NCBI RefSeq assembly: GCF_001447785.1
Contig: NW_015173123.1
Coordinates: forward strand, 284,049-340,090
Direction: 5' to 3'
DNA from: Gekko japonicus
Taxonomy: Eukaryota
Length of the DNA: 56,042 nucleotides
In this document: positions 1 through 12,725 of the stretch, one piece after another
Position numbering within the stretch: the stretch's first letter is position 1
Layout: every line of letters begins with the position of its first letter
Program-made: the position numbers and the translations under genes
Notes under the pieces: generated by a model
The model's database searches: none
What the model was told of the DNA's origin: nothing
Seen by the model: the letters and a program-made list of their open reading frames with translations, nothing else

Positions 1-784
1 GGACGGGAGACAACAATGGTGTTAATGGCAGGGATCCGCGGGACAGCAGAGACAAGAAACAAGTATCTTCCTTTGCTGGCAGGTACGTGTGAAGAACGAG
101 GAGCTCTCCCACATTTGAGAGCAGCTTTCCAGGAAAGGGCTGGCTCACTCAGCAGCTCACCCCCATTAGCAACAGGAGCAGTAATGTGCAAAAATATGCA
201 GGTGTCAGCTAAGCAACCAGTGATATCCAGTATTTCACACATTTCTTTTGACCCCACAAAATCGCTGCAGTGATGACAGAAGAAACAATGGATGAAATCT
301 TAGCGAGAATTTATTAAAATATTTATATATTTATTTGTTTTTCTTCTCCCCAAAGGGGACACATCAACCTCCCCTCTTTCATTTTATTTTTACAACAACC
401 CTGTGAGGTAGGTGAGGATGAAAGAGGGCGATTGGCCCAAAGTGGCGAACCCAGGACCAAGCCTGTCCCTGGACAAACACTTTCTCCTTGTCTGTCGCTG
501 TCAACGGCTCCCAATCAGGAACTGCAGTTAGGAGGATTCCGTCCATTTACACCCTGCTTTTCTCCCCAGCAGTGACCCAAAGTGGCTTACAACACTCTCC
601 CCTTCTCCATTTTATCCACACAGCAACCCTGCGAGGGAAGATTCAAACCATGCCGTGTAGGTATTGCCCCGCTTGCTTGATTTCATTTGTCACATCCAAC
701 AGAGACGAGCAAACCTCCCTTGTAGATCAGGAAAATCCGCCAAGGAGGGCACTCGAGGCTCAGGGATGCGTTTCTGTGACCCCG

Positions 785-3530
785 GAACTTACCTGACGGT
801 TCCTCCTCTTCCGCGGGGGGAGGCCATCCCACGCCTCCTCTCGCTCCAGGCGGGGCTATGCAAATGTGTGTAGACGGCATTGGCTCAGAGCGAGGCTGAC
901 CCTCCAGTCTTAGTCTAGCCCAGCTCCATAACAGATTTTGCGTCCAACTAGACTTTATTCTCTTTTATTTTATTCTGGAGGGGTTGTGGATGACTCTGCC
1001 CAACTGAAGAGAAGACAACTTCAGGTAAGTCCCAGTGTTTCGTTCTCCTTCAGTGGGGGAAGTCATCCAAACCGGTTCGACGCCCAAAGCGACAGCCTGG
1101 GTGGGATCCTCATCCTTATTTTCATCCTGTTCCACCACTGTGCTGCACACCTCTCTACCAGATGACGTTTCCGCTGATTTTAACCGGTCCCCCCTACAGT
1201 GCCTCACGCAGGTGGTAAAAGGTGGACCAGGATGCGACTCGAACGATTTCCTCCACCCGGACGCCTGTGGGAAACGTTGCTCTGTCGCTACAGACCTGGT
1301 GTGTCGTGGAGAGAGAGAGACGCCTCTCAGACACATGCCTTGAGACTGTCACCCCTGTGAGACACAGACAGAAAGTCCTTTAGCCTAAACCAGTAAGCGG
1401 ACACACAGAGTTTGTGCCAGACTCTCTCTTTGGGATAACATGACATAGGACAAAAAGACGGAAGTATCAACTCTTGGTTAACATGATTGGGGGGGGGAGA
1501 CCTCTGGCACAAAGGACGGGTCCCTCCTGTGTACCACCGAGACCTTGTGAAACACACACACACACAGTTCCTTCCTCCCTGGCCAATGAAGCCCCTAATT
1601 CAGAAATCCTTCTTGCAGAAGTCATCTCTGCAAGGAAAAAAAGAAGTCTTCTGGGGAGGAGACTTTAGATTCTGATGATTTGAAAGGATCAAGTGGAAGT
1701 TTGCTCAAGGCCTGTGACACTTTAGAAAAGCTCCCAGTAAGCAACCCTATGCCAACTGTATGGTTCCTTCGAGGGAAACTTAATGTGCCCATGAGAAGGA
1801 AAATTAGGCAGTCTTATGCGGTCCCACATAGTGGCCAGTGCCGCAACAGGTCTTTTAAAGTATCCAGTCTTGGAACCTGATTCCAACCTCCACATAGAAA
1901 GGGAATGTTGTATTTGCAAGTAAGTTTCAGTGGATCCAGCTTTTTGGTACTGGCCCACTTTTCAGTGTTTGCCATGTACAATTACAGAGACGACTGGAAG
2001 CAGGTATTCTGGGCTGCAACATGGTGTCAACTACTGTCACTTGGAAGGCCCAATTCTACTCAATCCGCCAGTTACGAGTCAAATAGGGTCTGGGTGGTGA
2101 GTGGATTCTTGTACAAGGAGAATCCAGCGCTTAGCAATCTCCACGGTGGAGATACTGACATCTTCACTAGCTCTGAGACACAAAAAAAATCTGTGCCAGA
2201 AGGGAGATATGAAAATCACCTCTGTTGTCTCCTCTGACACTTTGTTCAGGCCTCAGCTGATCACTGTGGCCAGAGGAAAAGCAGACCACTGGGTCAACGA
2301 CAAGTGTGTGTGCCCTCGAACTCTGCCCTGTAATCGCAGAAACTGATTAGAAACCTGGCAACTTGGTTGTAGTCTGATGTTGTATAAAGATCCGAGATAG
2401 GGATCCTGAAAAAAGTGTGATTTTGCTAGAAGACCTTTTTGTGTAGACTCCATTCTCCTGGATCTAAATCCTTCCTGCTCAGCCAGTTGGCTTGGCAGTT
2501 TGCAAGACTGTAAAGATGTTATGCTTTTAGACCTACGGAATTTCCCCCCTGCCCAAACGAACAGGATTTTGGAATCGTGGAGGAGCACTACTGATCTGGT
2601 GCCTCCTTACCGATTGCTGTGCGCCTTTGCCGTAGTACTGACTGTGTGCCCTAGCACATACTTGTTCCTCAATAGGATTTGGAAAGCACGCAGTGCTAGT
2701 CTGATTGCCCCAAGTTCCAGCCAGTCCGTACTGTTTATATCTTCCAACGAGCTCTGTCTGCCTTGGACAATCTGATCCCTGTAGTGTGTTCCCCGTCCTC
2801 TACTGCTGGTGGCCAGACTGCCATCAGGTAAGGAGGCTAGAGGAAACTGACTCCCCCTGTCCAATCTGATCGTGAAGTCCACTAGTTTAGTGACTTCTTC
2901 CCGGGGGGGGGGGGGAGAGTACCTTGACTTATTTGTGCTCCCCTTTTGTGTGTGTGTGTGTGTGTGTCTTTCTGATAAGGGAGAAGAGTCCATTGTAAAG
3001 GCCTGGCATGGAAGCAGGCCTAAGGAATCAGATCTATGGATCCTCAGGCCCACTACTGGCAACCGGTGCATGAGGTCCACCGACCTCTGCCGGGTTTCTT
3101 TCACCCCTTCCAACAATCTTTCCTGCTTCTCTGCAGGTAGAAACTCTTTGGCCATCCTTGTTTGAATCTTGGCCCTGAAGTGGGCTATGTCCCTGGAGGG
3201 TGTGAGATTATTACTATTATTTTAGCACACTGACCAGGCGTCCAGGTGCCTGAAGAGATTGGTGTCCTAGCTCACCTCCGCTGCCTCCTAGGCTCTGTGG
3301 AGGATATCATCCAGGTGAGGATAAAGGTGGATTCATTGTTGTTGTAGGTAGGCTACTAGAACTACCAGGACCTTGGCAAACTCCCTTGGAGACGATGTCA
3401 GCCCAAAGGGCCTTGCATTGGAAATTCTGGCCCTGAGAAGTCAAAAAGGGAAGAGCTGTCTGGAAGGTGGAACACGCAGGCAAACATCTTGAAGGGAGGT
3501 CTAAGGACGTCATGTGGTCGTCCCACTGAA
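785..3530 (-). mobile_element. Highly degenerate DIRS1-type retrotransposon (tyrosine recombinase, RNaseH/MT and gag remnants) in TNFAIP1 intron
   Basis: Minus-strand fragments FFLAEMTSARRISELGA (~1590-1640, recombinase motif) and a recombinase C-terminus-like segment ending TTCVRHCR (~1195-1260); gag-like AKEFLPAEKQERLLEG (~3110-3155); complementary ACTTACCTGA (787) and TCAGGTAAGT (1021). Many stops and frameshifts; boundaries approximate. Confidence 0.65.
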
Positions 3531-3714
3531 TACGCTGCAGAATGCAGTGAAGTAATTTTAAACTGGAACTTGTGCTTCTTTACCCATAGATCAAGACGGG
3601 CCGCTGTGTCAGTCTGTCTGTAGCAGTAGAAAAGAGCAAGAGCCCAGAAGCGCCTTAAAGACTACCAAAATATGTGGCAGGGTGAGACACTCTCGCTTCT
3701 TCAGATACCCAGAG

Positions 3715-3955
3715 CTTCAATTCTTTCCGATTTAGGATTGCTCTCCAGTCCCTGGCTCTTTTGGGGACTACAAACAGAATGGAATAAATCCCATGGAAAT
3801 GCTGTTCTAAGGGCACTGGTTTCACTGCCCCTATGTGCATTAAATGTTGGATAGGTCACAACAGAAGAAAAGGTGCCTCTGTTCTGTCTTGGGAAGTGGG
3901 GAAACACAAAAGCGAGGAAACAACTGGAATTGACCCCCAACCATATAGGCAGCTG
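3715..3955 (-). mobile_element. DIRS1 reverse-transcriptase N-terminal fragment
   Basis: Translation IGAVKPVPLEQHFHGIYSILFVVPKRARDWRAILNRKEL resembles the DIRS RT start seen at 23450-23600 (GAIEQVP..GFYSRYFTVPK..GVRPILDLREL). Confidence 0.7.
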
Positions 3956-3959
3956 GTTA

Positions 3960-5438
3960 CCTGATACTGGGTAAATTGGTGGAAACCATTATTAGGGAAA
4001 GAATTAGTAGGCACATAGATGAACAAAACCTATTGAGGCAGACTCAGCATGGGTTCGGTAAGGGAAGATCTTGTCTCACTAAACTGTTAGTGTCCTTTGA
4101 GGGGGTGAACAAACATGTGGACAAGGGGGACCCAATAGATGTTGTTTACCTTGACTTCCAGAAAGCTTTTGATAAGGTTCCTCATCAAAGGCTCCTAAGA
4201 AAGCTCATAAATCATGGGATAAAAGGACAAGTCCTTTTATGGATCAAAAACTGGCTAATTAATAGAAAACAGAGAGTGAGTATAAATGGGCAGTTCTCTC
4301 AGTGGAGGGGGGTAAGCAGTGGGGTACCGCAGGGATCAGTACTTGGTCCACTGCTTTTTAACTTGTTCATTAATGATTTGGAGATGGGAGTAAGCAGTGA
4401 AGTGGCTAAATTTGCGGATGATACAAAGTTGTTCAGGGTGGTGAAAACCAGTGAGGATTGTGAAGCACTCCAAGGGGATCTGTCAAGGATGGGCGAGTGG
4501 GCGTCAACATGGCAAATGGGGTTCAATGTGGCCAAGTGCAAGGTGATGCACATTGGAGCCAAAAATCCTAAATATAAATACACATTGATGGGGTCTGAAC
4601 TGGCAGAGACAGATCAAGAGAGAGATCTTGGAGTTGTAGTAGATAACTCACTGAAAATGTCGAGACAGTGTGTGACTGCAATAAAGAAGGCCAATGCTAT
4701 GCTGGGGATTATTAGGAAGGGTATTGTAAACAGATCAGCCAATATCATAATGCCCCTATATAAATCAATGGTGAGACCTCATTTGGAATACTGTGTGCAG
4801 TTCTGGGCACCACACCTTAAAAAGGATATTATAGCTTTGGAAAAAGTGCAGAAAAGGGCAACTCGAATGATAAAAGGGTTGGAACACTTTCCCTATGAGG
4901 AACGGTTAAGGCGCTTAGGGCTCTTTAGCTTGGAGAAAAGACGACTGAGGGGTGACATGATCGAGGTTTATAAGATTATGCATGGGAAAGAGCAGGTAGA
5001 GAAAGAGGTACTTTTCTCCCTTTCTCACAATACAAGAACTCGTGGGCACTCCATGAAATTGCTGAGTGGTTGGGTTAGAACGGATAAAAGGAAGTACTTC
5101 TTCACCCAAAGAGTGATTAACACTTGGAATTCACTGCCACAGGAAGTGGTGGCGGCTACAAGCATGGACGGCTTCAAAAGGGAATTAGATAAGCATATGG
5201 AGCAGAGGTCCATCAGTGCGTATTAGCCACAAGGTATAGATAGGGGCTCTGGGGCAAGTGATGCTCTGTCTTCTTGGTGCTTGGGGGGGGGGTCAACAGT
5301 GGGAGGGCTTCTAATGTCCTGGCCCCACTGGTGGACCTCCTGATGGCACCTGGTATTTCTGGCCACTGTGTGACACAGAGTGTTGGACTGGATGGGCCTT
5401 TGGCCTGATCCAACATTGGCGTCTCTTATGTTCTTATG
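3960..5438 (+). mobile_element. CR1 LINE, 5'-truncated; uninterrupted ORF2 RT/C-terminus (3976-5226) plus 3' UTR
   Basis: 416-codon ORF with QHGF, YLDFQKAFDKVPH, SGVPQGSVLGP, KFADDTKL and RPHLEYCVQFWAP; ends in a TCTTATG-repeat tail. Confidence 0.95.
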
Positions 5439-6134
5439 GTCTTTGTTTTGTTGGTTCCTGTCCTGTTTGTTAGGAGGGAGCTGTCTCTGTTGGAATCTGG
5501 ACCCATAGCCAAAGGTGCAAGAGCACCTAAAGTCCTTTAGTTCCCATTCTTTTTAAAATGCTGATGAATCCAAAATAGACAGAGGATCCACCTTCAAATG
5601 ATTTAGCCATAGGTTCATTCTAACCACCATATTGGTGGCCCGTGCTCCGGATTGCATTGCCTTCCAAAGCAATAAGTCAAGAGTCTCCAAGAAAGCAGAG
5701 CATGGCTCAAGCGTCCTGCTGGAGCGGCAAAGCTACTGAAACGGGAGGGTCAGCCTCACTCTGAGCCAATAGAGTCTGCACAAATCTGCATAGCCTCGCC
5801 TGGAGCAAGAGGAGGCGTGGCCTAACCAGTGTGGATGACTTCACCCCACTGAAGGAGAACAATGGCGAGAGAGATCTACATGGGAGTAACTCCCCCAAGC
5901 ACAGACGACGACCCCACCCCAAGCAAAAATGTGGCCAAAAAATAGAGCCCAATCAACTAAGGAGCTAACCTGGAACTATGTCCAGGTATGAATCCTCACA
6001 GACCTAACTTCAAAAGATGCCCTTAGCCTCTCCAGCACAACTACTGGACTTTGCCTTGAGGAAACCTGCCAGGCACACAGGAATGTCTGCGTCAGCATCT
6101 CCCCACAGGAAGCTGGAGACCAAAGTCCCCGTAC

Positions 6135-6330
6135 CTTGGTCTGCTTCTTCTCGGTAGCATAGACGATCGACGTGCAGCAGACTTCGGCCAGTTTCCGCCC
6201 CTGCCCGTAGAAGGACCAGCAGCAGATCTCATCGCCAATCACATCCTTGATGAAGAGGACCCGCCCGTTGAAGCGGAGGGAGAGCTTATCAAACAGTTCA
6301 ATGTTCTTCAGCAGGTTGTCATCAGAGTTG
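6135..6330 (-). CDS. TNFAIP1: TNFAIP1 (BACURD2) coding exon 5
   Basis: 196 nt, tttcag| ... |gtacgg; [65 protein letters not shown]. The final exon was not found in the window. Confidence 0.95.
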
Positions 6331-7974
6331 CTGAAATGCAAGGGGAAGAAAACAGAAGTGAAGGAAGGGGGAGACCCAAATGCCCCCCCCCCCGGACCAT
6401 TTTATCTATCATGTCTATGCTCTTCTGCACGAGAACCAAAGAGGCGCCCAGCCAAATTAGACCCAAGGCATCCCATTTCCCAGAACAGACACACCAAAGC
6501 TTCCAAGAAGCCCCCCCCCCGAACGTGAAAGCAATAGCTAGGGTTGACAGCCTCCAGGTGGGGCCTGGAGTTTCCCCAGAAGATCTCTTCAGAGATCTGG
6601 AGCTTTGGAAGGTGGACTCAACGGCACCCCTGCTGAGCTTTCTGCTCTCCCCAAGGCCCCCCCTCCAAATCTGTAGAAATGTCCCTGGCTGGTCTTCACA
6701 TTCCTCAGAACAGGCCCCCCCCCGCACTTCTGACCATGTACAATTGCCTGTACCAACGATCCTCTTTTAAAACAATGTGAGCCAGGAACCAGCACTCCAT
6801 CCTGCCTGTCCCCAAAAAACTGCACAGCGGATTCCCTGGGCACCCCCCTCTAAGTTCTAGAATTATGAAGGTGGGAGAAAGGGTCCAATCCACCCACTTT
6901 CTCCACATCACACGCCCCTCAGTCATCATCTATGGTTTAAAAAACCCTCAAGCTCCCAAATCATTTCACTCTTTCTCATGAGGACAGCGCTCCAACCATG
7001 CTGACTGTTTTTAGTTTATTTTCGATTTTTAAAATATAGAGATAAAACGAATACAGGTAAAGTTCTGAAGTACAAACCACAAAGCTATTATAAAACATCA
7101 ATTATATAAGCTCGTAATTAATTTCTCATTCTAGACAGGAAAGCATTCCATTTTCACCCAGGGGAACGGCGATCCCCCGAATCGACCTCTGATCACAAGT
7201 CTGCAACAGACACAACGTGGGGTGGGAATGATGCATGCAGCCCTGGCTCCTTGGAAGGAGGGTGGGTTAACAATGTACTGGATGTCGTTTGAAAACCTGC
7301 AGGCAGAGGTTTGTTCCATAATAACAGCCACCTCCTACTCAGTTTTCGGTGGGATGCCCCCTCCTTCCCAACTTCTGGTCAGCTTCTTCTCCACTCCCGG
7401 GGCTAGACTGTCGGACAAGGAAACCCAGGCTGGAATCCCCACTTGTGCCATGCAAGCTTACCGGGGGGGGGGGGGGGGGCTTGGGCTAGTCATGCTCTCC
7501 GGGCTGACCCTACCTCACAGGGTTGTCGTGAGGTTAAAATTGAAAAAAGGGGAACCATGTAAGCTACTCTGAGGCCCCACTGGGGGGAAAGGCAGGGCAT
7601 AAATTAAGTGAATAAATAAATCTTCCCCATCCGACCAAGCCAAGCAAGTCGGCCGCCTCCCCACCTCCAAACCTTGTGGGGCTCAAGCATCATGACGATG
7701 GCCTTCCCAGGCCCTTCTGCCTGCAACAGCGCCTGCTGTGGGTTCCAGGGCTCCCTCTCCGTTGAGCGAGTGTCAGCTGGCTCATCGTTCTTTAGCCTCC
7801 GGCTCACACATTTTTGTCTTAGCTTGGGAAGGATGTGGCTCCGGAGCAAACTGATTGATGCAGCAGCCAAATCGCTCGCCCAAAACTTTAATGCCAGGAG
7901 CTCACAAAGCAGAGGTTTTGCTCACCAGACTCCATGGCTTACAGGGAGCACCAGTTGTGGCAGTTCTTCTAGAG

Positions 7975-8132
7975 CAGCGGTTCTCAACCTGTGGGTCGCA
8001 ACCCTTTCACAGGGGTCGCCTGAGACCATCAGAAAACACAAATTTCTTAGGAACCGAGACACCGCTGGGGGTCACCACAACATGAGGAACTGTATTAAAG
8101 GGTTGCGGCATTAGGAAGGTTGAGAACCACTG
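7975..8132. mobile_element. SPIN-like (URR1-type) non-autonomous hAT MITE
   Basis: TIRs CAGCGGTTCTCAACCT / AGGTTGAGAACCACTG; 8-bp TSD ttctagag/gtctagag; minus-strand end CAGTGGTTCTCAACCTTCCTAATGCCGCAACCCTTTAATACAGTTCCTCATGTTGTGGTGACCCCC matches the recalled SPIN/URR1 terminus. Confidence 0.85.
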
Positions 8133-8196
8133 GTCTAGAGTGTCTTTGGTACCAGACGCACCAGGATCATGCCGATTCAGAAAGCACAGATCTTAC

Positions 8197-8249
8197 CTTG
8201 TGTAGGAGTATTTGTTGTTACTTCTGTTGTAAAGCAGCTTCACCACAGG
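8197..8249 (-). CDS. TNFAIP1: TNFAIP1 coding exon 4
   Basis: 53 nt, ttctag| ... |gtaaga; PVVKLLYNRSNNKYSYT(S). Confidence 0.95.
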
Positions 8250-9404
8250 CTAGAAAGAGAGAGGAAGTGTCAGCTTAGAACAGGAGAGCGGCATTGTGGT
8301 GGACCACCAGCTCAGAGGCTGGGAGCCTCCCCGTGCAGAGCCCACCAGCAAGGGGAGGGCGTTTCCAGCACAGCCCACTTGTGAGCACCCCAGAGCGGCA
8401 TCCAGCGGCCACTACTGGGGGAGATCACGTGGACCTTGGTCTGATCCAGCACACCAATTTCCATGCGCTCTTTGGGCCCGCTTGACCATTCAGCAGAGTC
8501 CTGGGCAGGCTGCTTATCCCAGCCCTGGGTGCCTCGGCGCGCAATGGGGCCAAACCCCTGCCCAGCCTGGCTTCTGCAACCCTGGGAGAGAAAGCCACGG
8601 ACACCCGCTGCCTTGGTGGCAGCCCCGGGCACTTCCATCTGCACACCCCTCCAGCCCGAAGGCGTGCCCTGCGCGAGCAAGTCCCAGCCCCACGTGGCAA
8701 GAATGGAGCGCGGGGAGCAGCGGCCAGGCTCTGCGACTCGCCATGGATCTCGCACGGCCACGGACACAGCAAACGATCTAGCCGGCCCGGGACGCTTTCT
8801 GAGGAGAAACAGGACGGACGCAATTAAGCTGCACCAAGCTCAAAGACAAAGACCTTCCCCCTGCACAGTCTTTTAGGTGATATGCGATCACTGGCCGTTA
8901 ACACAATCCAGACATTCAGTGTCCCGTGACAGCCCGGAACCTCCGATTCAGATCTTCCCATTGTCCCCAAAGCTCCCGTCAAATATGACTCTCCTTCGTG
9001 CCATCAGTTTTGTAATTCTGAATTGTAATTCCATCAATAGCGTCTCTTCCTGCTGCCCTTCCCTGATCATTTAGTCAGTTCTATGGTGAGATGCCCGACT
9101 CCCAAGCACTCCTTTATCCTGTGCTACGGCCTTTCGTTTCATGACAAAAACCCGTGTTGCCCTTCTGGCCCCAAACAGCCAAATCGGTCTGGCTTTAGGG
9201 CCCGTCATTTGAGTCTGAGCTGGGCCTCAACATGGACTGCAGCTCAGGAACTCAACACACGGACCCCTTCCGCCTTCTGCCTGATTTCTAGGCGTACCAG
9301 GGTGCCGGCAAGCCACCTGTGAACGTCTCTTGCCTGGAAAAGCTTACCGGGGTCGCCGTAGGTCAGCTGGGACCAGAGGGCACTCTCCACCCCCGCCCCC
9401 ATGC

Positions 9405-9590
9405 CCAGTGTCTGACCTGGAAAGCCCGGGCTTGTCAGATCTCGGGAGGTAAGCAGGGCCGACCCTGGTCAGGAGTTGGGTGGGAGACCACCAGGGAAGC
9501 CCAGGGCCGTGACATGGAGACAGGCAACAGCTCTTGCCTTGGAACCCCCACTAGGTTGCCATAAGTCAGCTGTGACTTGATGGCAAAATA
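9405..9590 (+). mobile_element. 5S rRNA-derived SINE, degenerate
   Basis: 5S-like segment tcagatctcgggaggtaagcagggccgaccctggtcaggagttgggtgggagaccaccagggaa followed by a non-5S tail shared with the copies at 10715, 12560, 18310 and 51015. Confidence 0.6.
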
Positions 9591-10395
9591 ATCACTGCCA
9601 CCACCACTGCCGCCACCACCACCGTGTCTGCTTAAGACACTCCCACTGTACCAAATCCCAATAAACGCCATATGCCTTTTTTACACCTTTAAATCAGGTC
9701 TCCGTCACCTTTTTCCTGCCAAAACTCGCTACTTGCAGTCACCTCCTCAGGTAAAAGACCCCGATCTTCTGCTCCTTGTGCAGACACACAAGCCCATTCC
9801 CCATGTTAGTCCCAAACGGTGTCCCTGTGCTGGGAACCAGGGAATGCTGGGAAAGGCTGCCGGGGGCAATGCGAGCAAACGCGGCTGCAGCTCCTTATCA
9901 GAGGTGCTTTGGCTCCCCGGCAGGCGCCCGGAGTGAGACCAGCCAGCTGCGCATCCCGTCCTCCTAGCAAGGAGGAAGAGCACAAGCAGGGCTTCCCTCC
10001 TCCATGTTAGCCTCATAACACCCCTGTGAGGTGGGTCAGGCTAGAAGTTCACAAAAACCACCAAGTCCAGCAAGTGAAATCCCTAGTTGCGTGGCTATCT
10101 GAACCAGTCCCAGCCCAGCCTTCTGACCACTCCACAGCACAGGCCCCCAAAGAGCACCACACCGAAAGAGGGCCGGGCCCAGCAGAGTGGCTCACCAGAA
10201 GCAGGCCTCCAGGGAAGGTGGCTTCTCTCCGCTTCATTTCCCCCGGCAAAAGACCAGGGCACAGGCGCCTCGTTCACCCGCGACACCCTCCAGGCTCCGA
10301 ACCCCCAGCCTCTGATGCAGCGGCCCAAAGCGGGAGTCCCAGGAAGCGCCTCCTCCCCTCCCCTCCCCTCCCCCCAGACACAGACAGACACCCAC

Positions 10396-10485
10396 CTTCA
10401 CGGAGGACTCTATGAGCCTTTCTTCTTCCTTGGGGGAGGTGATGACAGGGATGTTGCAGACTGCCTTGTAGGAATCCTTCTTGTC
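10396..10485 (-). CDS. TNFAIP1: TNFAIP1 coding exon 3
   Basis: 90 nt, tctcag| ... |gtgggt; [30 protein letters not shown]. Confidence 0.95.
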
Positions 10486-10714
10486 CTGAGAAAGGGCAGT
10501 GAAAGGAGAGAGAACGTGAGAGATTCCCCACGGGACCAGACCCCTGGCCCACCTAGCTCAGCGTCCCGTATCCCGCATTGGCCAATCAGATGTTTCCGGG
10601 AAGTCCCCAAAAGCAAGCCTTGTTCCCTTAACAGACCCTGGTATGCAGATGTAAATTGTGTCTGAACCTGGAGGGGCCACGTACCCATCACAGCAGCAGG
10701 GATGGCCCAGGCCG

Positions 10715-10840
10715 GCTTGACCTCAGCAGGGTCAGCTCCGGACAGTACTTGGACGGGAGACCTCCAAGGAAGACCAGGGTCACTGCACAGAGGCAGGCAA
10801 AGGCAAACCACCTCTGAAGGTCTCCTGCCTTGAAATCACC
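10715..10840 (+). mobile_element. 5S rRNA-derived SINE fragment
   Basis: cagcagggtcagctccggacagtacttggacgggagacctccaaggaagacc followed by the family tail. Confidence 0.55.
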
Positions 10841-11029
10841 ACATCCAAAGGCAAAACACTCCATAAGGAGAACTGATGTCTTTTCCCTCTTATTCTCATC
10901 AGCTTCATCCTTTCCACTCATCCAGCCCATTTTTACCTCACCTGTCCTTCAAGGAGCCTCAGAGCGGCATGTGTGGCTCTCCTTTTGAGATTTTATTCTA
11001 ACCGCCACCTCACCCGGACTGTCACTTTA

Positions 11030-11450
11030 AAGGTCTTAATGGCCGGGGACCCTCATGCCTGCAGGACCATCTCTCTTGCTACAACCCCCCCCCCATGCTC
11101 CCTCCAGTCATCCTCTAGGGGCCTCTGGCAGGGGCCTGGCCCCGGGATGGCTCGGTTAGCTGTCTCCAGGGGAAGGGTCTTCTCGGTTGTGGCCCCTATC
11201 CCGTGGAAGGCACTCTCGGGTGACACCCCTGCCCCGGATTGTTTAGGCTTGCCTTTGAAGGGTAATTCGCATGTTTGGCTTGTTTGATGCTATGGTGCTA
11301 TCCACAGATTTTAACTGTTTAATACTGTAATGTTAATATTTTATACTTGTTTTTATGTTTTTACCTTTTTATACCAGTTTAATGACGTAAGTCACTGCGA
11401 GACCCTTTGGGTGAGCAGCGACTTAAAAAAAATCTAATACATAAATAAAA
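11030..11450 (+). mobile_element. L2-type LINE 3' remnant
   Basis: ctttaaaggtcttaatggccgggga... and agggtcttctcggttgtggcccct motifs followed by an AT-rich tail; decayed. Confidence 0.5.
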
Positions 11451-12029
11451 TTGGGTGCCTCCCAATTCTAATGTCAGAGGGGAGGGAAAGATCTCTCTCT
11501 ACCCATTTTCTCTGTGCCATACGGAGTAATGCAAATCGTCCCTGGGCCCTCGTCACCACCTTGACCCGCCTTCCTTCCCTCTCAGCCCTCCTTCCCCTGC
11601 CTTGAAACTTCAGGCGGAGACCCTCCACTCTACGTGCAGCGGTTAAGGTCTCGTGCTGGGTTTGGGCACGGGAGCACCAGACTCTGAAATCTCCACTTGA
11701 AAATCTCTGCCAGAGGAAACAACAAGCGGGTCGCAGCGTGAAGAGCCCTGCTGGACCAGATGAAAGGTCCACCGACCCCAGCAGTGTTTTCCACAGTGGC
11801 CCGCCCAGTCCCTCCCCACGAGAACTGATAAAACGAGGCATGGCGGCAGCTGACTCCCTGCTGCCGCCGCTGCTGTCACATCCCCAGACAGGGCCTTCTG
11901 ACTGCACACGCCGGAGAGTGGAGGGTTCTCCCCCCGGAGCCTTCTGGTCCTGCAGTTCTCTGACGTGGAGTCTGAGAAAGGCTCACGCGCAGAGTGTCAT
12001 CCCCCTCCCACTGTCCCGCTTGCTCTTAC

Positions 12030-12199
12030 CTGCAGGGCAGCCTGGCAGAGGTCGACCAGCCCCTGGATTAGGTAATACTTGGCTTCCGCCATCAGTTCTT
12101 TGATCTCCTGCCGGTTTTTGGGCAGCGCAACTGTGTTGTCGCGGAGGTAGTTGAGAATGCTCCCAAAGTGCTTCCCGCAACGATCAATGAGGATCCAGC
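12030..12199 (-). CDS. TNFAIP1: TNFAIP1 coding exon 2
   Basis: 170 nt, ccccag| ... |gtaaga; (G)[56 protein letters not shown] (BTB domain). Confidence 0.96.
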
Positions 12200-12559
12200 C
12201 TGGGGGGTGGACAGAAGACACGGCCCTTCAACAGGAGTCGGCGTCCCACCCACCATGCCGGGGCTCCCACTGGGAAGGTCATGCAGCAGGCAAGACTGAG
12301 TCCAGGGAGGACAGGCCCTCTTCACCCACAGCAGCAAATGCACAGCAGGGGGGGCGACAGCAAAAACACTGTGCAAGACCTCAACACCTCCACGGGTGAC
12401 CCGAGGCAGGGAAACGTCGTGGCTGTGGAATCGCTACTGAGAACAGCTTTCCTACCCAGTGAGGAAAGTGAGGGCCAGAGAGACACCCAGAAGGCTTTGC
12501 AGCAAAGGAGAAATTTGAGCCTGGGCCTCCTTAGGCTAAGCCCTGACCGAGAAGGGCCA

Positions 12560-12725
12560 GGCCAGCCGGATCTCATCCAATCTCAGAAGCTCAGCAGGGC
12601 CGGCACTGGCCAGTGCCGGGAGGGGAGAGGCCACCCAGGCTATGGCAAACCACCTCCAAACACCCCTGGCCTTGAAAGCCTGACGGGGTGGGGGTCACCA
12701 CAGGTCGGCTGCGACTTGGTGGCAC
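12560..12725 (+). mobile_element. 5S rRNA-derived SINE, degenerate
   Basis: gccggatctcatccaatctcagaagctcagcagggccggcactggcc followed by the family tail. Confidence 0.55.
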
